From assembly GCA_965218295.1 (NCBI GenBank), contig CBDCKN010000013.1, positions 160,001 to 224,000 on the forward strand: a DNA stretch of 64,000 nt. Reading direction: 5' to 3'. This DNA is from Longimicrobiales bacterium. GTDB taxonomy: Bacteria > Gemmatimonadota > Gemmatimonadetes > Longimicrobiales > Gaopeijiaceae. The position numbers and the translations under genes were made by a program. Below are positions 1 through 10,453 of the stretch, one piece after another. The stretch's first letter is position 1, and each line of letters starts with the position of its first letter. The notes below the pieces were generated by a model. It saw nothing but the letters and a program-made list of their open reading frames with translations, had not been told where the DNA came from and ran no database searches.

Positions 1-58
1 GGGGGGTGGAGTGATCGCCAGAAGGCCCGTGAGAAGTACGGTGATCATCGTCGCTCCC

Positions 59-769
59 TCAGCCTGTCACCCACCCGGAGATGGCCGAAGCGTCTCGGAG
101 GTAGTCGACCTTCCGCTGGAAGGTGCGCCCCAGGTGCTCGAGTAGGTACTCGTTTCCGGGATCGGCGGCCAACGCCTCGCTCGATTCCTCGATGGCCCGG
201 TCGATGATGGCCAGGTTCTTCTCGAGGATGCGCACCGTATTGGGGGTCAGCTCATCGCGATGCTCGGCCATGAGGGCCTCCAGCTGCGCCACCTCCTGTG
301 TGTAGCCGGCCAGAGTCGGTTGGTCGGCCAGCGAAGCCGGGAGCACCACCGTGGCCTGCGGATCACCGAGGGACCCGGTCCCCAGAGCCATGGGCCGCAG
401 CGACCAGGCCATGGCGCCCGAGGCCATCATCATGATGACGCTCGCCGCAACCAGCTGAGGCACGGTGAGCCTGACCCGGCGGTCGACCTCCACCGGACCC
501 GAGCCGGCCAGCCGGGTGGACAGGTCGATAACCCGATCGTCTTCCTGCGGTGCGATCCCGATGGCTTGCGCGATGCCGACCCAGAGGTCGCTCTCAGGAG
601 GAGACTCCTGGAGGTTGCCGGCTCGGGCGATCACGGCCTTCAGATCCTCCAGCACGGCCCGGCACTCCACACATCCGGAGAGGTGTGCCTCGACCGCCAA
701 GCGCTCGGCCTGGGGCAAGTCACGGTTCAGATAGTCCGACAGCTCGTCGGTCCAGTGTCTTTCCGTCAT
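59..769 (-). CDS. Anti-sigma factor with zf-HC2 zinc finger and TM helix
   Basis: HLSGCVEC (HxxxCxxC) motif near the N-terminus, one TM segment, directly downstream of the ECF sigma. Confidence 0.85.
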   Translation of the reverse strand: MTERHWTDELSDYLNRDLPQAERLAVEAHLSGCVECRAVLEDLKAVIARAGNLQESPPESDLWVGIAQAIGIAPQEDDRVIDLSTRLAGSGPVEVDRRVRLTVPQLVAASVIMMMASGAMAWSLRPMALGTGSLGDPQATVVLPASLADQPTLAGYTQEVAQLEALMAEHRDELTPNTVRILEKNLAIIDRAIEESSEALAADPGNEYLLEHLGRTFQRKVDYLRDASAISGWVTG

Positions 770-815
770 GTCTTTTTCCTTGCGTCGGCCTAGCGTGCCC
801 TCATCCCCGTGTCAC

Positions 816-1349
816 TCAATTCAAGAACGTCCTGAGCATCATGCGAGCGCGGTGGAGTTGGGATTTCGAGGTTCCCGTACTGATCCCCATTCGCTCCGCG
901 ATCTCCTGATGGCTGTATCCTTCCACGTCGTAGAGCACGAACACCTCTCGCGCCCCATCCGGGAGCACCTTGACGGCCTTCTCGAAATCCAGGCCGAAGC
1001 CGGGTAACCCAGGCCGTCCCGGCATGCTCTCCAGTATCTCCCGTCCACCGAGGTGCCGTGCCTCCCGCTTCCGGAGGCTCTCTCTCCGGGTCAGGATCAG
1101 GTTCACCGCTAGGCGGTGCAGCCAGGTCCCGAAGGCCGATTCACCCCGGAAAGTGGGCAACTTATGCCAGGCCCGGATGAAGACCTCTTGGGTCAGGTCG
1201 TCCGCGGCGTCGTCACCCGCCATTCGCCGCGCGAGGCTGTGAACTCTGGACACACTCGCGCGATACAGCCGCTCGAAAGCGACCGAATCTCCATTTGCGG
1301 CCAGGGCGACGTCCCTGCCCTCAGCCTCCATGGCGGCTCGGGCAGCCAA
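816..1349 (-). CDS. ECF RNA polymerase sigma factor
   Basis: DDLTQEVFIRAW, FGTWLHRLAVN and region-4 YSHQEIAERMGISTGTSKSQLHRAR; start may be the ATG at 1331. Confidence 0.92.
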   Translation of the reverse strand: MAARAAMEAEGRDVALAANGDSVAFERLYRASVSRVHSLARRMAGDDAADDLTQEVFIRAWHKLPTFRGESAFGTWLHRLAVNLILTRRESLRKREARHLGGREILESMPGRPGLPGFGLDFEKAVKVLPDGAREVFVLYDVEGYSHQEIAERMGISTGTSKSQLHRARMMLRTFLN

Positions 1350-1510
1350 ATTGCTCAGCTCTCACTGCCGGTTCGAGGTTTCCTCTTTCAGACACTTTGA
1401 CATCTCCCGCGCCTCGGGGGTTGGAATCGCGCGCGCCTTGCGGAACGAGGTCGGCAGGCGCATCCATTCGGCACACGCTGATATTACCCCCAATCGCGTG
1501 GAGGTCACGC

Positions 1511-1861
1511 ATGCCTTTCGCCGCGCTCGCGCTTCTCCAGGCCCCGCCGATGATGCCCATCGACGTGACGGCGCTCCTTGCCGTGTTCGTGGGAATCTCC
1601 ATCGTGCTAATCCCCGTGTTGGGGATCACCGCCCGGTTCGCGCTCAAGCCGACCGTGGAGGCCTTGAGTCGCTTCTTCGACCGGCGCGGAAGCGAGGAGG
1701 TGATTTCCATCCTGGAGCGCAGGATGGGACTCATGGAGCAACAGATCGAGTCCATCGAAGCCAACGTCGACCGGCTGGTGGAGATGAGCGAGTTTCATCA
1801 TGAGCTGCGGTCACCGGCGAAGGATCAAGCCCAGCTTCCCCCTGCCGCGGCGGGAGAGTAG
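1511..1861 (+). CDS. Small membrane protein with coiled coil
   Basis: GGAGG RBS before ATG 1511; TM helix followed by a heptad-like segment. Confidence 0.6.
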   Translation: MPFAALALLQAPPMMPIDVTALLAVFVGISIVLIPVLGITARFALKPTVEALSRFFDRRGSEEVISILERRMGLMEQQIESIEANVDRLVEMSEFHHELRSPAKDQAQLPPAAAGE

Positions 1862-1919
1862 AGGGAGCGCAGGGCGCGTCTCTCACGATCGCTAAACACT
1901 ACCACACACGGGAGAGCAC

Positions 1920-2732
1920 ATGTTCGAAGGCCCCTTCGAGCTTGATCCGAGACCCTCAGAAGCGCCCTACGACACCGGACCGGGTGACCCGGCCCCGGCT
2001 CCGGAGCTGGAGATCATCGGCCACAGAGGCTACGCGGCAGTGGCACCCGAGAACACCCTAGCCTCCCTCGAAGCCGCGCTGGCGGCAGGCGTCCGGGCAG
2101 TTGAGTTCGACTTGCACGTGGCGTCGTGCGGGACCCCCGTTCTCTTCCACGACGTGAACCTCGGCCGCACTACAAACGGCGTTGGACCGGTGCGACGCCG
2201 GACCCTGGGACAGCTCCAGGCCCTGGACGCCGGCAAGTGGTTCTCGGCCGCATTCGCCGGAGAGAAGGTCCCCTCCCTGACCGAGGCCCTCGACGCGCTC
2301 AATGGCCGGGTCGATCGCATCTACCCGGAGGTGAAGGGGTTCCGAGAGCTGGAGGATCTGGACCGCATGGTCCGCCTGGTTCGTGAGGCCGACCTCGTAG
2401 ATAGGACGACCTTCATCGGCATGGACTGGAACATCCTGGACCGCATTCGTGGTCAGGAGCCGGGCTTGGGCATCGGCTTCATCGTCGAGACCGCCGATCG
2501 GTTCGACGAAGCCTTGGAGCGTGCCGAGAAGGACTCGAAGGCCATTCTCGACCTGAGCTACAGCCTCGCCCTCGAGGACCCGTCCATGGTCGAGCGGACG
2601 CGAGAGGCGGGGATCGATGTGGCCGTATGGACCGTCAACGATCCCGACGAGGCGACACGCCTCGGGGAGGTCGGGGTCACACGTTTCACCACCGACCACG
2701 TCGAGCGACTCCTCGAATGGGTCGATTCCTGA
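1920..2732 (+). CDS. Glycerophosphodiester phosphodiesterase
   Basis: IGHRG..APENT, VEFDLH, HD..LGRTT, WTVND motifs. Confidence 0.92.
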   Translation: MFEGPFELDPRPSEAPYDTGPGDPAPAPELEIIGHRGYAAVAPENTLASLEAALAAGVRAVEFDLHVASCGTPVLFHDVNLGRTTNGVGPVRRRTLGQLQALDAGKWFSAAFAGEKVPSLTEALDALNGRVDRIYPEVKGFRELEDLDRMVRLVREADLVDRTTFIGMDWNILDRIRGQEPGLGIGFIVETADRFDEALERAEKDSKAILDLSYSLALEDPSMVERTREAGIDVAVWTVNDPDEATRLGEVGVTRFTTDHVERLLEWVDS

Positions 2733-2745
2733 TCCGCGACACGTG

Positions 2746-4395
2746 ATGTCTTCGTCCCCCTTTGCGGGCTCTGCGGGTCGTTGGGAGGCCCTGGGAAAAC
2801 TGGGCAAGCAGCGTCTCGACCTCCTGATCATCGGCGGCGGCATCACAGGGTGCGGGGTCGCTCGTGACGCGGCTCTCCGGGGCTGGACCGTCGGCCTCGT
2901 GGAGAAGGAGGATTTCGGGTTCGGCACATCCAGCCGCTCGTCGAAGATCGTGCACGGTGGGCTCCGGTACCTGGAGTACGGGCACTTCCTCCTTGTGAGG
3001 GAGGCGGCTCAGGAACGGGAGATTCTGCGCGCCATCGCCCCTCACCTCGTGCATCCCCTGGCATTCATGTACCCGGTCTTCGAAGGTGAGAGCCTCATGA
3101 AGATTCGAGCCGGGCTGACCGTCTTCGATTACCTGGCCAGCACCGACGGAAAGGACAAGCACACGAACCTCTCTCCCGAAGAGGTCCGCGAGCAGCTCCC
3201 GGGACTCCGCGAGCGGCTCAAGGGAGGGGTCCGTTACCTCGAGTACATCACCGACGACGCCCGTCTCACCCTGGAGAACGCCCAGTCTGCGGCTCAGCAT
3301 GGAGCGCTGGTGGTTAACCACGCCCGGGCCGGCAAGCTGAGGATGCAAAAGGGTCGAGTGGTCGGGTGCCAGGTGACCGACACTCTCGAGGGGACTGTGG
3401 TGGACGTGACAGCAAGCGTCACGGTGAATGCCACCGGGGCCTGGTGCGGGGAAGTTCTGGCCGAGGGGGCGATAGCGACGGAGCACCCTGTCATCCCCAG
3501 CAAGGGCATCCACATTCTGCTGCGGGCCGAGCGGCTCCCCATAACCGGGGCGACGTTCCTGCGGGCCACCAACGGCAAGCGCGGACTCGCCATGCGACGG
3601 CTTAACTACGTGTACGTGGGCACGACGGACACCGAGTACGATGGGCCATTGGACCGGCCTCGTGCCACCAGGGCCGAGGTCGACGAGGTCCTCGAGATGG
3701 TCCAGGACTGTTTTCCCGCCCAGAATCTCACCCATGGCGACGTTCTGGCCACCTGGGCCGGTGTACGACCTCTCATCCGCGCAGAGGGGAAGAGCACGAG
3801 AGATACATCCCGCGAGGATGCGGTGTGGCACTCGCCTCCGGGCTTGATCAGCATCGCGGGAGGGAAGCTCACCACGTACCGGCAGATGGCGCAGAGGGTC
3901 CTCGAGATCGCCGATGCCGACTTGGGGCCGGCTCCTGGTCTTCCGGAGCGCACGGCCACGGTGCCGCTCCCGGGAGGCGACGTGGGGCCCGACGGGATGG
4001 ACCAGTTCCACGCGGACAGGGGCCGGAGTCTCTCGGAGATGGGCGTCGCGCCGACCATCGTCGATCGCCTCTGTTGGCTCTACGGCAAGCAGTTGGACGA
4101 CTTCATCGCCCTCGCCGCCGAAGACCCGTCCTGGCTCGAGCCGCTCCATCCCGACGTACCGGCTCTGAGAGCTGAAGTCCGGAACGCGGTGACCCACGAG
4201 ATGGCCTGCACGCTCACAGACTTCATGGACCGGCGAGCGGCCCTCCTCCTCTTCAGCGACAACTTCGGGCTCGCGGCAGCCGCAGCCGCAGCCGACATCA
4301 TGGCCGACGCGTTGGGGTGGCCTGGGGACCGCAAGACGCAGGAGGTCGAGGACTACTACGCCCTGGCGGCCGAGCACGGCCTCCCCTCCGATTGA
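2746..4395 (+). CDS. glpD: FAD-dependent glycerol-3-phosphate dehydrogenase/oxidase
   Basis: IIGGGITG, GTSSRSSKIVHGGLRYL, GGKLTTYR; start ATG 2746. Confidence 0.88.
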   Translation: MSSSPFAGSAGRWEALGKLGKQRLDLLIIGGGITGCGVARDAALRGWTVGLVEKEDFGFGTSSRSSKIVHGGLRYLEYGHFLLVREAAQEREILRAIAPHLVHPLAFMYPVFEGESLMKIRAGLTVFDYLASTDGKDKHTNLSPEEVREQLPGLRERLKGGVRYLEYITDDARLTLENAQSAAQHGALVVNHARAGKLRMQKGRVVGCQVTDTLEGTVVDVTASVTVNATGAWCGEVLAEGAIATEHPVIPSKGIHILLRAERLPITGATFLRATNGKRGLAMRRLNYVYVGTTDTEYDGPLDRPRATRAEVDEVLEMVQDCFPAQNLTHGDVLATWAGVRPLIRAEGKSTRDTSREDAVWHSPPGLISIAGGKLTTYRQMAQRVLEIADADLGPAPGLPERTATVPLPGGDVGPDGMDQFHADRGRSLSEMGVAPTIVDRLCWLYGKQLDDFIALAAEDPSWLEPLHPDVPALRAEVRNAVTHEMACTLTDFMDRRAALLLFSDNFGLAAAAAAADIMADALGWPGDRKTQEVEDYYALAAEHGLPSD

Positions 4396-4506
4396 GCTGC
4401 GGGAGCACGACCCGGGCGGCCCCGACCTCGTCCCGCGTCGCTCGCGCGTCTTCCGCGCCCCGCCTCGTTGAACTTCGACCACCGATACGCTACCATCGAT
4501 GGGGTA

Positions 4507-4525
4507 GTTGAAAACGATTCTCAAC
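4507..4525 (+). promoter_or_regulatory. Fur-box-like 19-bp palindrome GTTGAAAACGATTCTCAAC
   Basis: Near-perfect inverted repeat 12 bp upstream of the Fe-type ABC ATPase start. Confidence 0.6.
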
Positions 4526-4537
4526 CTCGTTCACAAC

Positions 4538-5653
4538 ATGTCGGTCATCGATCTGGATAAGGTAGAAAAGCGCTATTGGCCCGGGCCCGTCGAGGCTCTG
4601 GCCAATGTGTCGATGGACGTTCGGCAGGGCGAGATCCTCACGCTCCTGGGCCCCAGCGGGTGCGGCAAGACCACCACGCTCCGGCTCATCGCCGGCTTCG
4701 AGGCGCCTGACGAGGGTGAGATTAGGATTCTGGATAGCTCCGTAGCAGGCAACGGAGACTGGGTGCCGCCGGAAGATCGCGGCGTCGGGATGGTCTTTCA
4801 GGATTACGCCCTCTTCCCCCACCTCACCGTGGGCAAGAACGTCATGTTTGGGCTCCACGACCGGCGGGCGTCCGACCGGCCTCGCCGAGCCCGGGAAGTG
4901 CTCGATCTTCTGGACCTGTCCCATCACTTCGACCGTTACCCACACGAACTCTCTGGCGGGCAACAGCAGCGCGTGGCTCTGGCGAGAGCCATCGCCCCGG
5001 AGCCCGTCGTCGTCCTCATGGACGAGCCCTTCAGCAATCTGGACGCCCACCTGCGCGACAACGTGCGGGATGAGGTGGTGGGGAGCCTTCGGTCGGCCGG
5101 CGTTACCTGCGTGCTGGTGAGCCACGACCAGCGCGACGCCCTGGCCATCTCGGATCGGGTAGCGGTCATGAACCAGGGGAGGATTGAGCAGATCGGGACG
5201 CCACAGGAGATCTACAAGCACCCGGAGTCCATCTTCGTGGCGACCTTCGTGGGCCGGACGAACCTCCTGCAGGGCCTGATCCAGGGCGTCGACGGGTGCG
5301 TGCTCACCGACTTCGGATCCTTCTGCCGTGTGGACCGATCCGGCCTGCCGGACGGTGCGCCGGTCATGGTGGCCGTGAGGCCCGAGGGTTTCGAGCCTTC
5401 CGAGCACGGAATGCTCCGGGGCGCGATCACCTCCACGACGTATACCGGGAGCAACGTCGAGGCCGAGGTGGAGATTCCCACGAACGCCGGAGGCCACCGG
5501 ACGCTCACGGTGCATTTGCCCACCAACCAGTCCTACTCAACCGGTGACACCATCCGCCTGGCCCTCGATCCGGACTATGCCTCCGTGGTGCGCAACTCGT
5601 GCGACGCCTTGGGTTTCAGCCGGGTTCCAGCGTCGCCACCGCCGCCGGTCTGA
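4538..5653 (+). CDS. ABC transporter ATP-binding protein (FbpC/PotA-like)
   Basis: GPSGCGKTT, LSGGQQQR, MDEPFSNLD, C-terminal TOBE-like region. Confidence 0.88.
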   Translation: MSVIDLDKVEKRYWPGPVEALANVSMDVRQGEILTLLGPSGCGKTTTLRLIAGFEAPDEGEIRILDSSVAGNGDWVPPEDRGVGMVFQDYALFPHLTVGKNVMFGLHDRRASDRPRRAREVLDLLDLSHHFDRYPHELSGGQQQRVALARAIAPEPVVVLMDEPFSNLDAHLRDNVRDEVVGSLRSAGVTCVLVSHDQRDALAISDRVAVMNQGRIEQIGTPQEIYKHPESIFVATFVGRTNLLQGLIQGVDGCVLTDFGSFCRVDRSGLPDGAPVMVAVRPEGFEPSEHGMLRGAITSTTYTGSNVEAEVEIPTNAGGHRTLTVHLPTNQSYSTGDTIRLALDPDYASVVRNSCDALGFSRVPASPPPPV

Positions 5654-5679
5654 TTCTCAGGTCGATCCCCAGAGGATCG

Positions 5680-7455
5680 TCAGGCAGTCCTCGTCTCTCG
5701 ATGAAGAGGTAGCACGAAGGAGAACGTGCTCCCTCCTCCCACCTCGGTGTCCACCTGGACCTGGGCGCCATGGGCCGCCAGGATCCCCTCAACGATAGCG
5801 AGGCCCAGACCGGCACCGCCCCCTCCGGAGCGGTGGCCCTTCCAGAAACGGTCGAAGAGGTGCTCGCGCATCTCGGGCTCGATACCGGGGCCCGTATCCT
5901 TCACGGCCACGAGAACGCCTCCCTCGGCGCCAGAAGCGGAGACCATGACCTCCCCCCCGTCGGGCGTGAACTTCAGAGCGTTCACGATGAGGTTCGACAT
6001 AACTTGAAGGATGCGGTCGCGATCCGCCTCCACCCGCGGTAGGTCCGGATCGATCTCCCCGCACAGACGGACGGCCTCCTCATCGGCTCGCGAGCGGGCC
6101 GACGCCACGGCTTCCTCGAGCATCTCGGTCGTCTCTACCGGCTTCTGCCAGACAGAGAGCCGTCCGGCCTCGATCTGCGCCACATCCAAGAGGTCCTGGA
6201 TCATGCGGTTGATCCGGTCCGCGGCTCGCTGGATGATGTGGAGGTGCTCGCTCCGCCGCTCCGACGGAAGCGGCACGTCGGCGAGGAGCTCGGCAGCGGC
6301 CGTAATCGTTCCCACGGGATTCCTGAGGTCGTGCGAAACCACGGCCAGCACCTCGTCCCGGGCCCGGACGGCTTCACGCAACGCCTGCTCGGCTTCGTGA
6401 ATCTCGGTCATGTCGGTGATCGTCAACACGACCCCTCGGACCTCCAGCCCGTCCGTCATGGGGCTGACGCTGAGCTGCACGGGGAAGGACGACCCGTCCT
6501 TGCGCCAGATGACGTCATCCAGGACGCGGACAGTTTCGCCCGTCGCCAGAGATGTCCGGACGGGGCATTCCTCTTCGGGGTGAGGGGTCCCGTCTGGCCG
6601 CGTGTGGTGGATCAGCGAGTGGACCGGCCGACCCCGCAGCTCCCTCGGCGTATATCCCAGCAGCTCGGTGCCGGCCTCGTTCAGGAACGTGCAGCGGCCA
6701 TCCAGGTCGAGGCCTACAAGCACATCGCCTGTCCCTCTCAGGACCGCACGGAGCTCTCGACGGGCCGCCACCGTCTCCCGGCGTCGTCGGATCTCGTTCC
6801 GAACCAGCTCCTGCAGCCGAAACCCCACGATCCCCATGGCCGCCGCCCCCACGATGGCCAGGGCGATGGTGCCGATGGTGACCCAGACCTGAATGAGGGC
6901 CTGCCGATCCAATCTGATAGCCGTCGATGCGGCGTCACGGATCAGACGGTCCTCGAATGCCCGCGTGTCCGCGCGGACGGCCTCGTAACGGGCCCTATCG
7001 TCGTCCAGCCTCTCACCGAAGTCCTGTGGACGGATGCCGATTGCCCCACCCTCCATGAGAGGCGCGTGAAGCACTTGCCATTCGCTGATGCGCATCTCGA
7101 GCTGACTGAGCTCACGGAGGTAGGAGAACGATGAGGGCATCTCTTCGATCACCTGCTGCAGCTCGCCCAGCCACGCGGTCTCCCTTTCGAGATCCTCCTG
7201 ATAGACGCTCAGGTACGTCGAATCACCCGTGGCCACATACTGCTCCACGCGCATCATCTGATTGGAGTGGGCGAGGGCGATCTCGGGGATCAAGGGCCGG
7301 GCCTCGGCGAAGACGTCGATGTCCCGTCTGAGATCGGCCTGCTGGCGCTCGAGGAACCACGGAATCAAGGCCAGGGAGAGCAGGGCAGCGAAGGACACTC
7401 CCAGAGAGAGGATCCATCCTGACCGCGCTACCCGCGGCTCGCTGCTAGAGGCCAT
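5680..7455 (-). CDS. Membrane PAS sensor histidine kinase
   Basis: Two TM helices, PAS, SHDLRNP H-box, N/G1/F/G2 boxes. Confidence 0.92.
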   Translation of the reverse strand: MASSSEPRVARSGWILSLGVSFAALLSLALIPWFLERQQADLRRDIDVFAEARPLIPEIALAHSNQMMRVEQYVATGDSTYLSVYQEDLERETAWLGELQQVIEEMPSSFSYLRELSQLEMRISEWQVLHAPLMEGGAIGIRPQDFGERLDDDRARYEAVRADTRAFEDRLIRDAASTAIRLDRQALIQVWVTIGTIALAIVGAAAMGIVGFRLQELVRNEIRRRRETVAARRELRAVLRGTGDVLVGLDLDGRCTFLNEAGTELLGYTPRELRGRPVHSLIHHTRPDGTPHPEEECPVRTSLATGETVRVLDDVIWRKDGSSFPVQLSVSPMTDGLEVRGVVLTITDMTEIHEAEQALREAVRARDEVLAVVSHDLRNPVGTITAAAELLADVPLPSERRSEHLHIIQRAADRINRMIQDLLDVAQIEAGRLSVWQKPVETTEMLEEAVASARSRADEEAVRLCGEIDPDLPRVEADRDRILQVMSNLIVNALKFTPDGGEVMVSASGAEGGVLVAVKDTGPGIEPEMREHLFDRFWKGHRSGGGGAGLGLAIVEGILAAHGAQVQVDTEVGGGSTFSFVLPLHRETRTA

Positions 7456-7589
7456 CGATGCCTTTCCTCACGGAGTTGGGCCCTCTCCGTCAATCTCGAG
7501 GGCACACGAAACCTGTTCGCTACCCTAGTGTCCCGTTACCAAAGTGTCTCGGACAGTCGAGGGCACGGTGCATCCGTAACGGAACCCTA

Positions 7590-7692
7590 GACGAGTGCAC
7601 GAACCTACGCCGCTTGCACTACGTGAGCACCTGTTATGTGAGTGGTAGACACCCCGGAGTGTTCCACGGGACGGATCTGGACGTCGGCCACC
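7590..7692 (+). pseudogene. Fragment of an SDR/male-sterility-type reductase
   Basis: LRRLHYVSTCYVSG motif without the rest of the gene. Confidence 0.4.
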
Positions 7693-7774
7693 CTCAGAGA
7701 AGAGCATCCTCGGCCAGGTCCGCCAGCCGCTTCGAGAGGTCCAGCGCGTTCAGGTCCAGCACGGGGAAGATCGT

Positions 7775-8599
7775 TCAGGATCCGCCCGAAGCGGAGGGAA
7801 CGAACGCCACAATCCGCAGCGGTCCGCCGCTTCCACCGGCGATCTTCATGGGCAAGGCGACCACGAACGCCCCCGACTCGGGGACCGCGCCGAGGTTGGC
7901 CATGTTCTCGAAACCGGGAGTGTCGGACGAGTACAGGATCCGGTGCGTCTCGAAGCCGGCAGACTGGCCATAGTCGATGCTGGGCGTGTCGATGCCCACC
8001 GCCGCGACCTCACGCTGCTCGATGATCCAACGGGCCGCGTCCGGGTGGATCCCGGGAAAGTGGAGCTCGGGGACCGCGTCGGGGCCCGTGCGCTCCGTGC
8101 CCAGGTAGCTCAGCCGGTCGGGCCAGCGATCTCCCCAGCCTGTGCGGAAGAGCAGGATGGAGCCGTCGGGGATCCGTCCATGCCGGGCCTCCCAGGCTTC
8201 TAGATCGCCGGCGGAGATCAGGTAGTCCGGCGTGGCGTGGGCGGACACGTCCACGACGACGGCCGGAGCGATCAACCGGTCCAGAGGAATCTCCTCCGCC
8301 GTCATGCCACCACGGAAGAAATGGAAGGGCGCATCCAGATGGGTTCCGCCGTGCTCAGCGGTGAAGACGTTGTAGGCACTGTAGAAGTATCCGGCGTCGG
8401 TCTCGCCGTAGGCCACTTCATCCAGTCGGAAGCCCTCGGCCGTGGGCCAATAGATGGTCTCTTCCGAGTAGGCGTAGCTGAGGTCGACCCAGCGACCACC
8501 CGATCCGTCGAACACGGCTGAGAAATCCGGCTGCCCGGTAGGTGCCTGACAACCCAGGAGCGCCAACAAAGCCCCGCCGCATACCAGTGATCCACGCAT
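7775..8599 (-). CDS. Cyclase family (kynurenine formamidase-like) lipoprotein
   Basis: EHGGTHLDAP, GIDTPSID, LPMKIAGGSGGPLR; lipobox LLGC. Confidence 0.88.
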   Translation of the reverse strand: MRGSLVCGGALLALLGCQAPTGQPDFSAVFDGSGGRWVDLSYAYSEETIYWPTAEGFRLDEVAYGETDAGYFYSAYNVFTAEHGGTHLDAPFHFFRGGMTAEEIPLDRLIAPAVVVDVSAHATPDYLISAGDLEAWEARHGRIPDGSILLFRTGWGDRWPDRLSYLGTERTGPDAVPELHFPGIHPDAARWIIEQREVAAVGIDTPSIDYGQSAGFETHRILYSSDTPGFENMANLGAVPESGAFVVALPMKIAGGSGGPLRIVAFVPSASGGS

Positions 8600-8865
8600 G
8601 ACGATCTCCTCTCTGCTGAGTCGGCCACGGGTCTCTTCACGGAAGCAGTCCTTGTGACGGAGATCGGTGCGCTGGCCCCGTCGAATCCGGTCTCGATCTC
8701 CAGAATCCGCCCGAAGCTTCTGATGGTCCGTCCGACCCCGCAACGCTGGTGGGAGTAGTGGCACTACTACTCGGGGCGGCCTGGTTGGCGAGCTACGTTC
8801 CGGCGAAGCGGACCTCACGGATCGACCCCATCCTCACCATGAAGGCGGAGTAATACGGCGAATGG

Positions 8866-9150
8866 TCAGTCTTCCAGCAAGGGCCTCTTGGCGTCCTTCG
8901 CTCCGAGAGCGACTCCGGTCCCAACACCGGCTCCCACCGCGATGGCGGTCCCCACACCCACGAGCGGAAGTACAGCCACCAACGGAGAAGCAACGATGGT
9001 CGCGGCCACCCCAGCGGCCAAGGCGAGGCCCGGCTTCTCCACGATGCTCGTGAAACGCAGACGACGACCGACGAACTTCCGGCTCTTCACGTGTCCGAAG
9101 ACGCCCGCTGCAGTCGCCAAGCCTAAGCTGATCAGCCCGAACATCATCAA
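8866..9150 (-). CDS. Small membrane protein
   Basis: Hydrophobic Gly/Ala-rich ORF with AGGA RBS. Confidence 0.6.
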   Translation of the reverse strand: MMMFGLISLGLATAAGVFGHVKSRKFVGRRLRFTSIVEKPGLALAAGVAATIVASPLVAVLPLVGVGTAIAVGAGVGTGVALGAKDAKRPLLED

Positions 9151-9254
9151 GTCCTAACCCAAGAGTTCTCTTGGCCGAGATCACCGACCCACATCCTTTA
9201 TACCCCTACGGACCCCCGCCAGGATCCGTTTCGATAGGCCCGAAGGGAGCCAAG

Positions 9255-9329
9255 TGGGCGGTGGCAGATTCGAACTGCCGACCTCCTGGGTGTAAACCAG
9301 GCGCTCTGAACCAACTGAGCTAACCGCCC
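9255..9329 (-). tRNA. tRNA-Val(TAC)
   Basis: Complete cloverleaf; anticodon arm CCTGG-TT-TAC-AC-CCAGG; TTCGAAT T-loop. Confidence 0.95.
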
Positions 9330-9802
9330 TACGGTACTTCTTCCAGTAAATAAGCGGCTTTCCGGGCTTAGTGCTCGGGAGACCGTTTTGGTTTGTGTAC
9401 GTTCGTTGTGTACGGAGGGACCAAGCATCTGCTTACTGCGCCTCTCTGAGCGTGCCGCCTTCCAACACAACCCGGAGCATGGTCTCTTGGTCCGCCTGCT
9501 GATAAACCTGGCGAAGCGTGTTGGAGTTCGTCCACCCCCCTTACGACTCGGTGTCGGCCGTCCCGGTAAGCGGGAGGGCTACTTCCTGCTTCCGAGTTCC
9601 TCTTCGGAGAAGTATACGTATCTTTATATCGTGACTATACGTACGGACGTAGGCATCCTCGGGCTGAGTGTAATACGCCGCGCTGTCTGCGGGATCGTCC
9701 AGGGTGCGCCAAGAATCTTACCCCCTAAAGTAGGTCTGGGATCGGGGCTCAGCCGCGACGAGAACTGACAAAGGCATCCACGAGCACAACACGAGATCTG
9801 TC

Positions 9803-9982
9803 ATGGAAACTCTGAAGTCCTACAACCCGGCCAACGGCGAGCTGTTCGGCGAAGTCCCAGTCACTTCTCCGGACGGGATCCCCGCATTCGTGGACCGCGC
9901 GCGTGCAGCCCAGCCGGCGTGGGAGGCCCTGGGCCACGACGGGAGGGCCCGCCTATTGGCAAAGGCCGCCGAGGCGGAGTAG
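9803..9982 (+). pseudogene. N-terminal fragment of an aldehyde dehydrogenase
   Basis: METLKSYNPANGE...ARAAQPAW...RARLL, stops after 59 aa. Confidence 0.7.
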
Positions 9983-10453
9983 CGGTGGCCTGAATCACGG
10001 CAAGGAATCGTCTAAAGTCAACCGAGACTGCACGATCTGCCATTCTTGCCGTTAGCGCAAGTCCGAGTCCGGCGTCCGGGAATACCCGGAAAGTCGGCTT
10101 CGAATGGCGGGACTCTCGCCCAGTTCGGCGGAAGCCTGAATGCATGTTCTCGCCGCCCCAGCTTCCCCTTGACGATCGCCGAAGTCCCGGGGACGGGCGG
10201 CCCCGGCAGAAGGCCACCAAAGGTACACCACCGCTCCCTCAGCACCCGTCCCGGTGACGGGTCGTTGGACTGCCGGGTTGCGGCCGGCTGGGTTCAGCTG
10301 GAAGCCGTCCTCGGCCGCCCTGCCAAAGGAGTCTGCTACCTACCGCCAACCGGCCCAGCCCCGACTGTGAGTGTGCCTTCGCGGCCGCGCTTCATCGGTC
10401 CGATCCTGCACTACAGGCCGCCACCTGGTAGGCGTCGTGGTTTTCGATTCCGT

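Noticed and set aside
7527..7560. TAGTGTCCCG possible IS end
   Set aside because: No partner end or transposase nearby; too short to support
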